A stretch of DNA of 64,000 bases from Desulfatiglandales bacterium (GTDB lineage: Bacteria; Desulfobacterota; DSM-4660; Desulfatiglandales; Desulfatiglandaceae), in assembly GCA_963666345.1 (NCBI GenBank), contig OY762721.1, positions 480,001 to 544,000 of the forward strand. The letters are read 5' to 3'. Position numbers and translations under genes: made by a program. The notes below the pieces were generated by a model, which worked only from the letters and a program-made list of their open reading frames with translations, was not told the DNA's origin and made no database searches. Positions 31,778 through 41,533 of this stretch are shown piece after piece. Numbering within the stretch: position 1 is the first letter of the stretch; the number at the start of each line of letters is the position of its first letter.

Positions 31778-32884
31778 ATGCCACGCAGGATCCTTTTTGT
31801 TGATGACGAACTCAACGTCCTTAACGGACTTGCCCGCACGCTGCGCCATAAGCGCAAGATATGGGAGATGCATTTTGCCCGGGGGGTGGAAGAGGCATTA
31901 CGCTTTGTTGAGACGATGGATCTTGATGTGGTGATCTCGGACATCTCGATGCCCGGAAGGGACGGATTTGCCCTGCTTTCCATCATAAGGAACAGGGAAA
32001 AGACAAAAGATCTTCCTTTTCTCATGCTGACCGGTTTGAATGATAGCCGTCTCAAACGAAAGGCCCTCGATTTGGGAGCCACGGATCTACTAAATAAACC
32101 TGCCGACCCTGAAGACCTTTTGGCCCGGATTAATAACATGTTGCGCCTCAAGGCCTACCAGGATGAAATCAAGGCGCAAAATGCGCTGCTGGATCAAAAG
32201 ATCAAAGACCGAACCGCGGAGCTTGAGGCCTCCCGGCTCGACCTTATCTGGCGTCTTGGAAGGACGGCTGAGCATAGGGATACGGATACCGGCAACCATG
32301 TGGTTCGAGTGGGCTATTACTGCAAGGTGCTGGCTGAAAACCTCGGAATGGACCGGGAGTTTACGGAAATGATTTTCCTTACCAGTCCTCTTCACGACAT
32401 AGGGAAAATCGGAATTCCCGACAGCATCCTGCTCAAGCAGGGCAAGCTTAATCCGGATGAATGGAAAATCATGAAACAACATTGTGTTATAGGTTCCGAT
32501 ATCCTCCGGCAGGATACCGTGGAACGGGCGCCGCTCGGAACCTGGCACGACCTGTTCAGGCGACCGGCTTCGGCAAAAAGCGACAATCCCTTTTTGAAAA
32601 TGGCCGAAACTATTGCCCTGAGCCACCATGAGCGTTGGAATGGCAATGGATACCCGTCAGGGCTCTCGGCAGATAGTATTCCTGTCGAATCAAGGATTGT
32701 CGCTATTGCCGACGTATGTGACGCCCTTTTTTCAAAACGGCCATATAAACCCGGATACAGCGAAAGCGAGGTCATAAAGATAATGCGGGAAAACAACGCC
32801 ACTCAATTCGATCCGGAAGTGTTTGCCTGTTTTGAAAAATCCATTGATTTCTTTCGTGACATCCGCGAGCAGTTTGCGGATTAG
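31778..32884 (+). CDS. response regulator with HD-GYP c-di-GMP phosphodiesterase (RpfG-like)
   Basis: Receiver plus TGNHVVRV, LHDIGKIGIPD, HHERWNGNGYP, RPYK; ATG 31778 after AAGGAG. Confidence 0.9.
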   Translation: MPRRILFVDDELNVLNGLARTLRHKRKIWEMHFARGVEEALRFVETMDLDVVISDISMPGRDGFALLSIIRNREKTKDLPFLMLTGLNDSRLKRKALDLGATDLLNKPADPEDLLARINNMLRLKAYQDEIKAQNALLDQKIKDRTAELEASRLDLIWRLGRTAEHRDTDTGNHVVRVGYYCKVLAENLGMDREFTEMIFLTSPLHDIGKIGIPDSILLKQGKLNPDEWKIMKQHCVIGSDILRQDTVERAPLGTWHDLFRRPASAKSDNPFLKMAETIALSHHERWNGNGYPSGLSADSIPVESRIVAIADVCDALFSKRPYKPGYSESEVIKIMRENNATQFDPEVFACFEKSIDFFRDIREQFAD

Positions 32885-33255
32885 CATAATAAAGTTAAAC
32901 ATAATGCAGGCATATCCATCCGGTTCCATTGAAATAGACATTAATTTTCGAATAATTCAATCAAAATGAGACTGCCTTTCGCGCCAAAAACCAGGTTGTT
33001 ACCCCCTCAGGCAAATCACCCTGTTAAAGCCCATTTGATAAATCTTGAGCCGCGTGGCAGGCTTTATTATATATAATACCCACTAGTTCCAGCCGATTTC
33101 AGCCGATTGCCGACTTGACAATATGTCCGGCATCCGGTATTTCGATTTCACCCATCCTTATCTGGATGAAAATGGAAACTTTGCGGCAATACCTCATGTG
33201 GCACATCCAACTGCTGTATGCAGGCTGAAATTTCCGCTTAATCCGCTATCGAAAG

Positions 33256-34968
33256 TTGGATTTTTATCGTTTCAAATCGCTGGTCTTTGCCGTATTTAAA
33301 GGAGTAAAGATATCAAACCATCACGCATGTAAATTCGAGCAATGCACCTGGATCAACCGGATCTCGTGGTATGAGTCTCAAGGTTTCAGGAGAGCTTCCA
33401 ATAAATATGAAATAATAGAAAGGGATAAAAATTTGTCCGTTACAATTGGGGAATGGATTGATTCCGGCAGAGATCTGCCTGTACTCTCAGAGACCGCGAT
33501 GGCGGTATTAAATCTCCTGGGTGATCATAATTCCACGGCAAGGCAGATAGGAGACTTAATTAAAAGAGATGTAAGTCTCTCAGCCACTATCCTGAAATTC
33601 TGCAATTCTTCTTTCTACGGATTTCGAAAGAAAATTAATACGCTGGAGCAGGCATTTGTGACATTGGGTGCAAATTCGATACGCAATATCACGCTCAGCA
33701 TATCCGTGCTCAATCTGATTTCACCTTCCGAAAAAACCAACCTCTTGACGATATATAAGGGTTCCGTTTTAACTGGAATTGCCGCGCGCACCCTGGCCAG
33801 GAACACCGGATTTCCAAGGGCTGAAGACACTTTTACAGGAGGCATTCTGACGGATATAGGATTGATTTCGATGTATAAATTCGACTCGGAAAACACGATC
33901 TCCCTTATAAATAAAATGAAGCAGGAGGCTCGTCCCGCACCTGCCGAGGAAAAGGATCTCTTCGGCCTGAACCACGCAGAGGCAGGATACCTGCTTGCAA
34001 AGAAGTGGAATCTACCGTTGGATCTGAGTCAGGCCATAAGATATCACCATAACCTTAATCCTGAGAACCGTGACAAAAGCATCCAGGATTATGATTTGCT
34101 TAAATATGTCTATCTCGGTTCCCTGGTCGGAGAAATATTTTTCTGTGGGGGAAAGAAGAAAAATCTTGAGAGATATTCCGAAGGTTGCAGGAAAATCCTG
34201 GGCATGGAAAATGAGGACTCCGAATCGGTGCTTCAAGGCATCAATAACCAGTTCCTTGAAGTTGCCGAACAGTTCGAACTGGAGATGGATGACAGCACCA
34301 GTTATGAAGAGATGCTTCAAAGGGCGAATGAGGAACTCGCAAGGGGAACACTGGATAATGAGGCCTCGAAAATCTACCTGTCCCAGGCCTTTGAACGTGA
34401 AAGGATACTGGCGGCCCAACTTACAGAAGCTAACAGAAAATTGCATGAAAAAGCCCTTAGAGACGGGCTTACAGGGCTGTATAACAGGCTTTATTTCAAC
34501 GAGGCGCTGAAAAGCGAATGGCAGAGGGCGGCCCGTAACAGTCATCCTCTTTCGCTGCTTATGATCGATATCGACCATTTCAAGGAGGTCAACGACAACT
34601 ACGGCCACCAGGCCGGCGACATGGTATTGAGAAAATTCTCAGATACCCTCAATTCCCTGCTGAGGTCCTCCGATCTCCTCGCCCGGTACGGAGGAGAGGA
34701 ATTCACGATCATTCTTCCCAATACAATCATGGATAAGGCCCTCGTTGTCGCTGAAAGGGTCCGGATGATGGTGGAAAAGACAAAGATAACCCTGGATGGA
34801 GATACGGATCTTGACGTAACAGTGAGCTGCGGCGTGAGCACTGCGGTACCGGGTGAAAACGGTAATGATCCGGACCGGCTTCTGAAGGCAGCGGATATGG
34901 GTCTTTACAAGGCCAAAAAGAAAGGCAGAAACAGGGTGTCTGCACGGGAGATGGACTCTCTGTCCTGA
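33256..34968 (+). CDS. HDOD-GGDEF diguanylate cyclase
   Basis: N-terminal HDOD (LPVL, CNSSFYG, KWNLP); DIDHFK.VND.YGH..GD, RSSD I-site, GGEEF; true start probably downstream (~33433). Confidence 0.9.
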   Translation: MDFYRFKSLVFAVFKGVKISNHHACKFEQCTWINRISWYESQGFRRASNKYEIIERDKNLSVTIGEWIDSGRDLPVLSETAMAVLNLLGDHNSTARQIGDLIKRDVSLSATILKFCNSSFYGFRKKINTLEQAFVTLGANSIRNITLSISVLNLISPSEKTNLLTIYKGSVLTGIAARTLARNTGFPRAEDTFTGGILTDIGLISMYKFDSENTISLINKMKQEARPAPAEEKDLFGLNHAEAGYLLAKKWNLPLDLSQAIRYHHNLNPENRDKSIQDYDLLKYVYLGSLVGEIFFCGGKKKNLERYSEGCRKILGMENEDSESVLQGINNQFLEVAEQFELEMDDSTSYEEMLQRANEELARGTLDNEASKIYLSQAFERERILAAQLTEANRKLHEKALRDGLTGLYNRLYFNEALKSEWQRAARNSHPLSLLMIDIDHFKEVNDNYGHQAGDMVLRKFSDTLNSLLRSSDLLARYGGEEFTIILPNTIMDKALVVAERVRMMVEKTKITLDGDTDLDVTVSCGVSTAVPGENGNDPDRLLKAADMGLYKAKKKGRNRVSAREMDSLS

Positions 34969-34973
34969 CCGGT

Positions 34974-35432
34974 TTATCCCGGCTGGTCGTTATTCGTTTC
35001 AATTACCTGATAGTCGCCGGTCCTTTCAAGTTTGTGGAAAATTTCGACGATCTTATCAGGGGGATCCATGAGCCTTCTCTTCGACAGGTCGAACCACGCG
35101 CCTTCAACCGTAATCAAGGCAGCCTTTGCCCCCTCTTCTTTGAAAACATTGTGGATTATTTTCCACCTTTTCCCCTTTTCAGACATTCCCGCCAGATGAA
35201 AATCTATGGTTATGGTTTCATTCATCTCAACCTCTTTAAAAAAAAGGGCCTCCTCCCTGAACATGACGGGACCACAGTTGTATTTTGAGAACTCCGCCGG
35301 CCCGAAACCGTTTTCAAGGAGAAATCTGAACCGGACCTGCGTGGCATAGTCATTAAAGGCGGTGTGTCTGAGGTGCCGGTTTGGATCAAGATCGGCCCAT
35401 CTTACCTCAAAGGCCTTTTTATATCTATTCAC
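34974..35432 (-). CDS. acyl-CoA thioesterase (4HBT/YbgC hotdog fold)
   Basis: VRWADLDPNRHLRHTAFNDY motif. Confidence 0.85.
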   Translation of the reverse strand: MNRYKKAFEVRWADLDPNRHLRHTAFNDYATQVRFRFLLENGFGPAEFSKYNCGPVMFREEALFFKEVEMNETITIDFHLAGMSEKGKRWKIIHNVFKEEGAKAALITVEGAWFDLSKRRLMDPPDKIVEIFHKLERTGDYQVIETNNDQPG

Positions 35433-35577
35433 TGTTGTTTCCTCGTATTTTTTTCTTCAATGGCTCTTAAAAAAACGCAACCCTGCCTGGGTTGCGCCGG
35501 TAAACGAGCCCTATCCCGTGGACGAGGCCTTGGTTTGTCCCTGACAAATGAGGGATAATGGACAGAATGTATTCCGA

Positions 35578-35814
35578 CTATTTTTGTTCTGCCAGACGTT
35601 CCCTGAGCATATCCAGGATTTCATCCTGTCCCGGAAAACGGTGGACCTTGCGCTTTGAAAAAATGATATCCCCGTCCACGACTATATCAAAAATTGCGTT
35701 ACTTCCCTGAACGAGTTCCGGTTCTACTTTAATCTCATCTGATATGGCGGCAGCCAGACTGGAGGCCTGAGGAAAAAAGTTTCAGGCCCCGCAGTAGGTT
35801 ATCGATATTTTCAT
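35578..35814 (-). CDS. Rdx/SelW-family selenoprotein, 78 aa, UGA=Sec at codon 11 (missed by ORF track)
   Basis: MKISITYCGA(U)NFFPQASSLAAAISDEIKVEPELVQGSNAIFDIVVDGDIIFSKRKVHRFPGQDEILDML...; CxxU motif; AAGGAGG RBS; small hairpin just 3' of the UGA. Confidence 0.88.
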
Positions 35815-36114
35815 GATTCCTCCTTAAGGCGCACATGAATGATAGTCGTCCTCTTTATGTTAATTTAAGGAATTCGGATAAATAAAGCAAGCAGTGTTCT
35901 CCAGGATATATTTAATGTCCCCTTGCTACCTGTGGCAAAGGCTATACGAAAGGCATTATGATCCTGCAACCTGGACCGGCACAGCATATCCACCATTTTT
36001 GGACAGAGTTTCCAAAACTATCCGAAAAACATGCCGAAAGGCAAGGAACAGGTCGTTATTCAACTCTTTCTCATCCTTTATCCAACAGAAAATCAGATTA
36101 TAACCACTGATAAT

Positions 36115-36165
36115 TTTTCAGTTAAGGCCCTCGCAGCAAAAGTCAGGGACGTGCTTGATCCATAG
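36115..36165 (+). pseudogene. relic C-terminus of a hybrid-kinase receiver domain
   Basis: Translates FSVKALAAKVRDVLDP*, typical of the (KP)FS...LA.KVR.VLD receiver tail; no upstream gene body. Confidence 0.5.
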
Positions 36166-36179
36166 TTAGGTGAAGGGAT

Positions 36180-36482
36180 TTATTCAACGCCTTTTCCCTC
36201 TTTGTCATTATCTGAGATCAGGGTCACAAATTCACTCAGATCTGATTTGAGTATTTTTTCCAGTTCGGAAAAATTCGATTCTCTTGTTTCAGCAAACAAA
36301 AATCCGAAAACAGGACATTTCCTGTAATCAATTTTCCTTAATTCCAGAGGCTTTTCCAGATTTGAAAGCAACCGCTCATAGTCGAACGCCGCAATCCTCC
36401 CTTTTTCGATGCCGGTGGAATTGTCCAAAAAAATCATCCTTTCTCCTTTACCGGCCAGAAACCGGCCTGATAGCCGTTCCAT
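36180..36482 (-). pseudogene. probable 5'-truncated gene fragment
   Basis: LDNSTGI...FDYERLL...PLELRKIDY..PVFGFLFAET looks like the C-terminus of a larger conserved protein (recollection only); poor N-terminus. Confidence 0.4.
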
Positions 36483-36510
36483 GCCTGGAAATTGCTTCTA
36501 AGCTCACCGC

Positions 36511-38148
36511 CTAACCGTTCATCTTTTTAAGAAGCTCAAGACCGATTTTTCCGAGTCTGTACTTCTGGATCTTTCCGCTCCCCGTCATTGGGTATGAATC
36601 GACAAAAAAGACATGCCCGGGAATCTTAAAACGTGATATCTTCCCGCGGCAGTAATCAATTACATCCTCCTCTTCAAGGCTGCGGCCCTCTTTGAGAATA
36701 ATGAAGGCCCCCACGACCTCACCGTATTTTTCATCGGGAATCCCCGCCACCTGTATGTCCTGAACCTCATTCATCTCATAAAGGAACTCTTCTATCTCTC
36801 TGGGGTAGATATTCTCCCCGCCCCGTATAATCATATCCTTGATTCTTCCGGTGACCTTGAAATATCCCTCTTCATCCTTTACGCCAAGGTCTCCGGAATG
36901 AAGCCAACCTTCGCTGTCGATAACCTGTGCCGTGGCTTCAGGCTTCTTATAATAACCCTTCATCACATTATAGCCACGGCAGCAGATTTCCCCCTGCTCT
37001 CCAGCCCTGCATTCAGCCCCCGTATCAGGATCCATGACCTTCACTTCAATGTTTTCAAGTTCTTTTCCTACGGTTGAAACCCTCTTCTCAATGGAATCAT
37101 CAGTATTGGTCTGGGTCATCACGGGCGAGGCCTCAGTCAGACCGTAGGCGATGGTAATATCCTTCATGTTCATCTTATCAACCACCTGTCTCATGACATC
37201 CATGGGACATGGAGAGCCAGCCATGATTCCCGTTCTAAGGGACGACATGTCAAACATATCAAACATGGGATGACTAAGCTCGGCTATGAACATTGTCGGG
37301 ACACCATAAAGAGCCGTGCATTTCTCCTTCTGTACGGAAGCAAGAACAATAAGCGGATCGTAATTTTCAATCACAACAAGCGACGCCCCGTGGGTAAGGA
37401 CCGCCATAACCCCCAGAACTATCCCGAAACAGTGAAAAAGCGGGACAGGCAGACACAGCTTTTCATGTTCGGTAAATTTCTGGCACTCGCCGATATAGTA
37501 TCCGTTGTTTATTATATTGTGGTTGGTAAGCATGACCCCTTTCGGAAACCCCGTGGTTCCGGATGTATACTGCATATTCACGGTGTCATGGATATCCATG
37601 CCCCGTTCCGCTTCAACAAGTATTGAATCATCTACATGCCTTCCGAGAAGAAGGAGTTCATGAAGGGAAAACATCCCCCGGTGCTTTTGCGGTCCGATAA
37701 AAATGATGTTCTTTAGATAAGGAAATTTTCCGCTTTTCAGGTGTCCCCGTTCGCATTCCTTCAGTTCGGGAACAAGCTCATTTATCATCGCGACATAATC
37801 GCCGTCTCTGAATCCGTCAACAAGGCACAGGGTTGTAAGGTCAGCCTGTTTTACGAGGTATTCAAGTTCATGAATCTTGTAGTTCGTGTTTACGGTAACC
37901 AGGACCGCACCGATTCTCGCAGTTGCGAACATAAGCGTAAGCCAGTCGGGGACATTTGTCGCCCACAGTCCCAGGTTATCATTTTTCTTGACACCGATAG
38001 CTATAAGACCCTTTGCAAGCTCATCGACCCTTCTGTCAAACTCCCTGTAGGTGAACCTCAGACCCCGGTCCGCATATACGATAAATTCCTTTTCGGGATT
38101 TTCTTTCGTTTTTTCCCTGAGCAGTCTGCTTAAAGTAATTTCAAACAT
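36511..38148 (-). CDS. AMP-binding acyl-CoA synthetase
   Basis: [58 protein letters not shown]. Confidence 0.93.
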   Translation of the reverse strand: MFEITLSRLLREKTKENPEKEFIVYADRGLRFTYREFDRRVDELAKGLIAIGVKKNDNLGLWATNVPDWLTLMFATARIGAVLVTVNTNYKIHELEYLVKQADLTTLCLVDGFRDGDYVAMINELVPELKECERGHLKSGKFPYLKNIIFIGPQKHRGMFSLHELLLLGRHVDDSILVEAERGMDIHDTVNMQYTSGTTGFPKGVMLTNHNIINNGYYIGECQKFTEHEKLCLPVPLFHCFGIVLGVMAVLTHGASLVVIENYDPLIVLASVQKEKCTALYGVPTMFIAELSHPMFDMFDMSSLRTGIMAGSPCPMDVMRQVVDKMNMKDITIAYGLTEASPVMTQTNTDDSIEKRVSTVGKELENIEVKVMDPDTGAECRAGEQGEICCRGYNVMKGYYKKPEATAQVIDSEGWLHSGDLGVKDEEGYFKVTGRIKDMIIRGGENIYPREIEEFLYEMNEVQDIQVAGIPDEKYGEVVGAFIILKEGRSLEEEDVIDYCRGKISRFKIPGHVFFVDSYPMTGSGKIQKYRLGKIGLELLKKMNG

Positions 38149-38158
38149 TTACAACTCC

Positions 38159-38734
38159 TCAAAAGGGCGCATAGACAACCGCGAGTATCTTTGCTGCCTC
38201 TGTCCCATGTGAATGGACATGGTGCTTTACAATTGAGTCATAATAGATGCTCTCCCCTTCTTTAACCATAAAGGTGTCTTTTCCATATATGACCTCGATT
38301 TCCCCTTTCATCACAAAAATAAACTCCTCCCCTTCGTGTGAAGAAAGCCTGTAATCGGTTTCCGATGATGGAAAGATATCTATCATAAACGGTTCCATAT
38401 GCCGGCCCGACTTATTGAGAGCAAGGGAATAAAAATCAAGATCTGAACGGCAGGGATTATCCTTGTCCGAAAATCTTGTAATACTCTTTTTCTCATCCTT
38501 TCCGGTTATTACGGGGCCTATCTCCTGCTGGTCATCGAGAAAAGTCCCGAGTCTGACTCCGAGGGCCCTTGCGATCTTCAAAAGAGGAGTGAGCCCCGGT
38601 ATCAGCTCCCCGTTTTCAATTTTCTCTATGCCATCGACTTTCAGATTAGCCCTTTCGGCAAGTTCTTCCAAAGAGAGATTCCTGCTCTCTCTCATGGTTT
38701 TCACCTTTATTCCGATCCTGTTTTTATCGCTCAA
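38159..38734 (-). CDS. XRE-family HTH-cupin transcriptional regulator
   Basis: N-terminal XRE HTH; MEPF, SHEGEEFI and SIYYDS cupin motifs; TTG at 38734 lies 6 nt after AAGGAG. Confidence 0.9.
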   Translation of the reverse strand: MSDKNRIGIKVKTMRESRNLSLEELAERANLKVDGIEKIENGELIPGLTPLLKIARALGVRLGTFLDDQQEIGPVITGKDEKKSITRFSDKDNPCRSDLDFYSLALNKSGRHMEPFMIDIFPSSETDYRLSSHEGEEFIFVMKGEIEVIYGKDTFMVKEGESIYYDSIVKHHVHSHGTEAAKILAVVYAPF

Positions 38735-38786
38735 TTTACGCTCCTTTTTTGACAATTTATGCCAGGTAGTTTCCGGTTAAGGACGG

Positions 38787-38884
38787 AAAAGGTCCGAACT
38801 CCCGGGCTAATCTGTCAGGACGCATTTAGCCTCCCACATCGGGCGTGTGCCGACAGAAAACAGAGGGAACTCGGACCTTTTTTT
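38787..38884 (-). ncRNA. candidate structured cis-regulatory RNA (pseudoknotted)
   Basis: 17-bp outer stem, 8-bp inner stem, short hairpin and crossing GGCUAA/UUAGCC pairing; G-U wobbles favour the minus strand; 5' of the XRE/acyl-CoA ligase operon. Confidence 0.5.
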
Positions 38885-38950
38885 ATTCGTAACCGGACAC
38901 TATTGATACAAAATTATTTCTTATTTAAATACTCAAGGGCGCCCCAGTCT

Positions 38951-39178
38951 TCATTCATGTATCTCTGAATCATTCTCCACTTTAACATCCGGCCGTACCA
39001 GCGGTATAAGAAAAATTATACAGGCAATTAAGAAGATACCACCACCTATTAATGTCAAGGTATCATGATTTTTCAAACTTGATGCAATAAAGAAAACGGC
39101 ACATAAAATAAAAAGTATCCAACCTGCCAGCTGGTATTTGATATCACGTCGAATTTGATTTTTCTGGTTATTCTTCAT
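38951..39178 (-). CDS. small two-helix membrane protein
   Basis: 75 aa; GWILFILCAVFFIASS...GGGIFLIACIIFLIPL hydrophobic hairpin. Confidence 0.7.
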   Translation of the reverse strand: MKNNQKNQIRRDIKYQLAGWILFILCAVFFIASSLKNHDTLTLIGGGIFLIACIIFLIPLVRPDVKVENDSEIHE

Positions 39179-39276
39179 TTAATTTTGGGTCGCGCCAGGC
39201 TAAATTTTCCCGGGGGCCGTGCCAATCACGGGAAATAACGGCAGCGGATGTGTAATGAGGTCTATTTCAGGATATT

Positions 39277-40749
39277 TTACTCCACGAGCTTTCCCTTATC
39301 AAGCGTCAGTTGATGCGTGATGCAGGGAAGGATTTCTTCCCGGTGGTGGGTAACATAGATGAGATTTGTGGAGGTGGCGCTTCCTATAAACTCCACCATG
39401 CCGAGCACCTTTTCCCTGTTCACGGGATCAAGACCCGCGCACGGCTCGTCCAAAATCAGGATAAGAGGCGTTTTCACTATTGCCCTTGTAATTAGCACAA
39501 GCTGCCTCTGTCCGTATGAGAGGTTGGAAAAGCAGTGGCCGGAAAGCGCCTTTATGCCAAGCAGGCGAATCCATTTCAAGGCCGTCTGTTCCTGCTCCCT
39601 TGTGCACATCCGGTAGAGGCCTATGGAGTCGAAAAATCCGGAGCACACCACATCGAATACGGAAAGATTTTGCTGGTAGCGTGTGGAAAGAGCGTGTGAT
39701 ATGGTTCCGATCTTCTTCTTTATCTCCCACACGCTTTCACCCGTGCCCCTCTTTTTCCCGAAAAGGGTGATCCTGTTGGCATAGGCCTGGAGTTCATCTC
39801 CCGTAATCAGGGAAAGCAGGGTGGATTTGCCCGAGCCGTTAGGCCCCGTGACGGCCCAGTTTTCCCCCTCACTCATCTTCCAGCTTACATCCCCCAGGGC
39901 GACGGTATCTCCATGCCGTACCGTCACCTTTTCCATTTCGATCATGACGGAAGACGACGGCGCCTTAAAAGGTGCACGCTTCAGCCCCGGGTATGAAGGT
40001 CTTTCCTTTTCCGGAAATAACTGCCGGTAGATCTCACGCACCTTCCCGTTTACGAGGATCTCTTCCCTCTTTCCCCCGGCAAACAGGCTTCCCTCATTTA
40101 ACACCAGTACATGGGTGAGCCCGGGGAAGATCTCCTCTGTCCTGTGCGTAATGAGCACGCAATGAAGGCCCTTTGTCATAAGGTTTGAAAGGGTTTTCTC
40201 GAGACTGTTTCTGGAAGGCTTATCAAGCCCGTCAAAGGGTTCATCAAGGATAAGAAGGGCGGGCCGTCTTAAAAGCGCCCGTGCGATCAGCACCTTTGAC
40301 ATCTCCCCTGTTGAAAGGGAATTGACGGATCTATCGAGGAGAAAGGCAAGATCAAGATCCGCGCAGAGTTCCTTAAGCAGGTCTTCCGCCTCAGCCTCTC
40401 CGCCCCATTTATCAATGCAGGGGCAAAGGATGTCCTTAACCGCTGTTGTCTCATGCTTCCTGCCGCTGAAATCTCTGGCCTCATCAAGGGCCCGCTCCCG
40501 TCTGAATATCTCGCCTCTTTCCTCGGATGAGACATAGAAAATGGGACCTGTCAGATTCCGCCTCACCCTTCCCTTTACCACGGGGACCCTGCCTGCTATG
40601 GTCCGGGCAAGGGTTGTTTTTCCGGAGCCGTTCGGACCCAGGATAGCCCACTGCTCACCTTTCCCTATTTCCCAGGAGGTATCATTGAGGTACCAGCGGT
40701 CCCTGAGCCTGGCCGTAATGTTTTCTAGTGCGATAAGGGGTAATGTCAT
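39277..40749 (-). CDS. ModF-like duplicated ABC ATPase
   Basis: Two Walker A motifs (GPNGSGKT, GPNGSGKS); LSTGE and LSYGQ signatures; GTGESVWEIKKKIG. Confidence 0.85.
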   Translation of the reverse strand: MTLPLIALENITARLRDRWYLNDTSWEIGKGEQWAILGPNGSGKTTLARTIAGRVPVVKGRVRRNLTGPIFYVSSEERGEIFRRERALDEARDFSGRKHETTAVKDILCPCIDKWGGEAEAEDLLKELCADLDLAFLLDRSVNSLSTGEMSKVLIARALLRRPALLILDEPFDGLDKPSRNSLEKTLSNLMTKGLHCVLITHRTEEIFPGLTHVLVLNEGSLFAGGKREEILVNGKVREIYRQLFPEKERPSYPGLKRAPFKAPSSSVMIEMEKVTVRHGDTVALGDVSWKMSEGENWAVTGPNGSGKSTLLSLITGDELQAYANRITLFGKKRGTGESVWEIKKKIGTISHALSTRYQQNLSVFDVVCSGFFDSIGLYRMCTREQEQTALKWIRLLGIKALSGHCFSNLSYGQRQLVLITRAIVKTPLILILDEPCAGLDPVNREKVLGMVEFIGSATSTNLIYVTHHREEILPCITHQLTLDKGKLVE

Positions 40750-40835
40750 CTGTTTTCCGGACCCATAAAATCCATACCCTCCTTTTGAGGGGGCTTTTTA
40801 AAAAAGCCTTTTCTTACAGGCCCGGGGCCGTCTTG

Positions 40836-41216
40836 TCAACAGATTGCCACGGCCTCTATTTCCACCAGCGCGCCTTTCGGCAGGGCGGAAACCTCCACAC
40901 ATGCCCTGGCAGGAGGATTCTCGCTGAAAAATTCCGCATATACACGGTTAACTACGGGAAAATCCTCCATTGATGATATAAACACGGTGGTTTTCACCAC
41001 CTTCTCCAGGCAAGAGCCTGCGGCCTCCAGAACGGCCTTCAGATTGATCAGGACCTGTGCGGTCTGCTCCGCCACCCCTCCCTCGACCATTTCCCCGGTG
41101 GCTGCATCAAGGGGAATCTGGCCTGATGAAAAGACCATTTCCCCTGCCTTTACAGCCTGAGAATAGGGTCCGATAGCTGCAGGCGCCTTATCCGTACCGA
41201 TAATCTTTCTTTCCAT
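40836..41216 (-). CDS. ridA: RidA family enamine/imine deaminase
   Basis: APAAIGPYSQA, SGQIPLD, PARACVEV..LPKGALVEIE. Confidence 0.93.
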   Translation of the reverse strand: MERKIIGTDKAPAAIGPYSQAVKAGEMVFSSGQIPLDAATGEMVEGGVAEQTAQVLINLKAVLEAAGSCLEKVVKTTVFISSMEDFPVVNRVYAEFFSENPPARACVEVSALPKGALVEIEAVAIC

Positions 41217-41494
41217 AATTCATCCTCCTTAAGGCCATCTTTTCAAATCAAGTTTTGTTGTTTTCAGTCCTTTACAGATGAATATATGCCTCATTTATTA
41301 TAAACACCTGAGACATCAGCCGGCCCATAAGCTATTACAATCTTCTTGATCGGTTCAAGATAAAGATTTTTCCCCTTTACAAATAAAGACACATCCTTAT
41401 ATTGAATGCTGGTTCATTATTCATTTGCTCGCCTGTAATACATGCTGAACCTTTTGACGGTGGCGCAGCAAAGGCATTTGAAGGCATTTTATTA

Positions 41495-41510
41495 ATGAAC
41501 TGCTGTTCAT
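41495..41510. promoter_or_regulatory. putative TetR operator
   Basis: Perfect inverted repeat ATGAAC-tgct-GTTCAT just upstream of tetR; related TGAA-tgctgg-TTCA at ~41403-41416. Confidence 0.55.
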
Positions 41511-41533
41511 CTAAATGAAATCACGGAGGAAAA

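Noticed and set aside
33198..33215. TGGCACATCCAACTGCT upstream of the diguanylate cyclase as a sigma54 promoter
   Set aside because: GG-to-GC spacing is 11 rather than the required 10
38800..38860. Plus-strand resemblance to the c-di-GMP-I riboswitch (GGACGCA..AGCCTCC) or SRP RNA (GCGTGTGCCG)
   Set aside because: No GNRA-capped P2 or tetraloop receptor, no SRP CAGG-CCGGAAGG-AGCA core, and the wobble pairs favour the opposite strand
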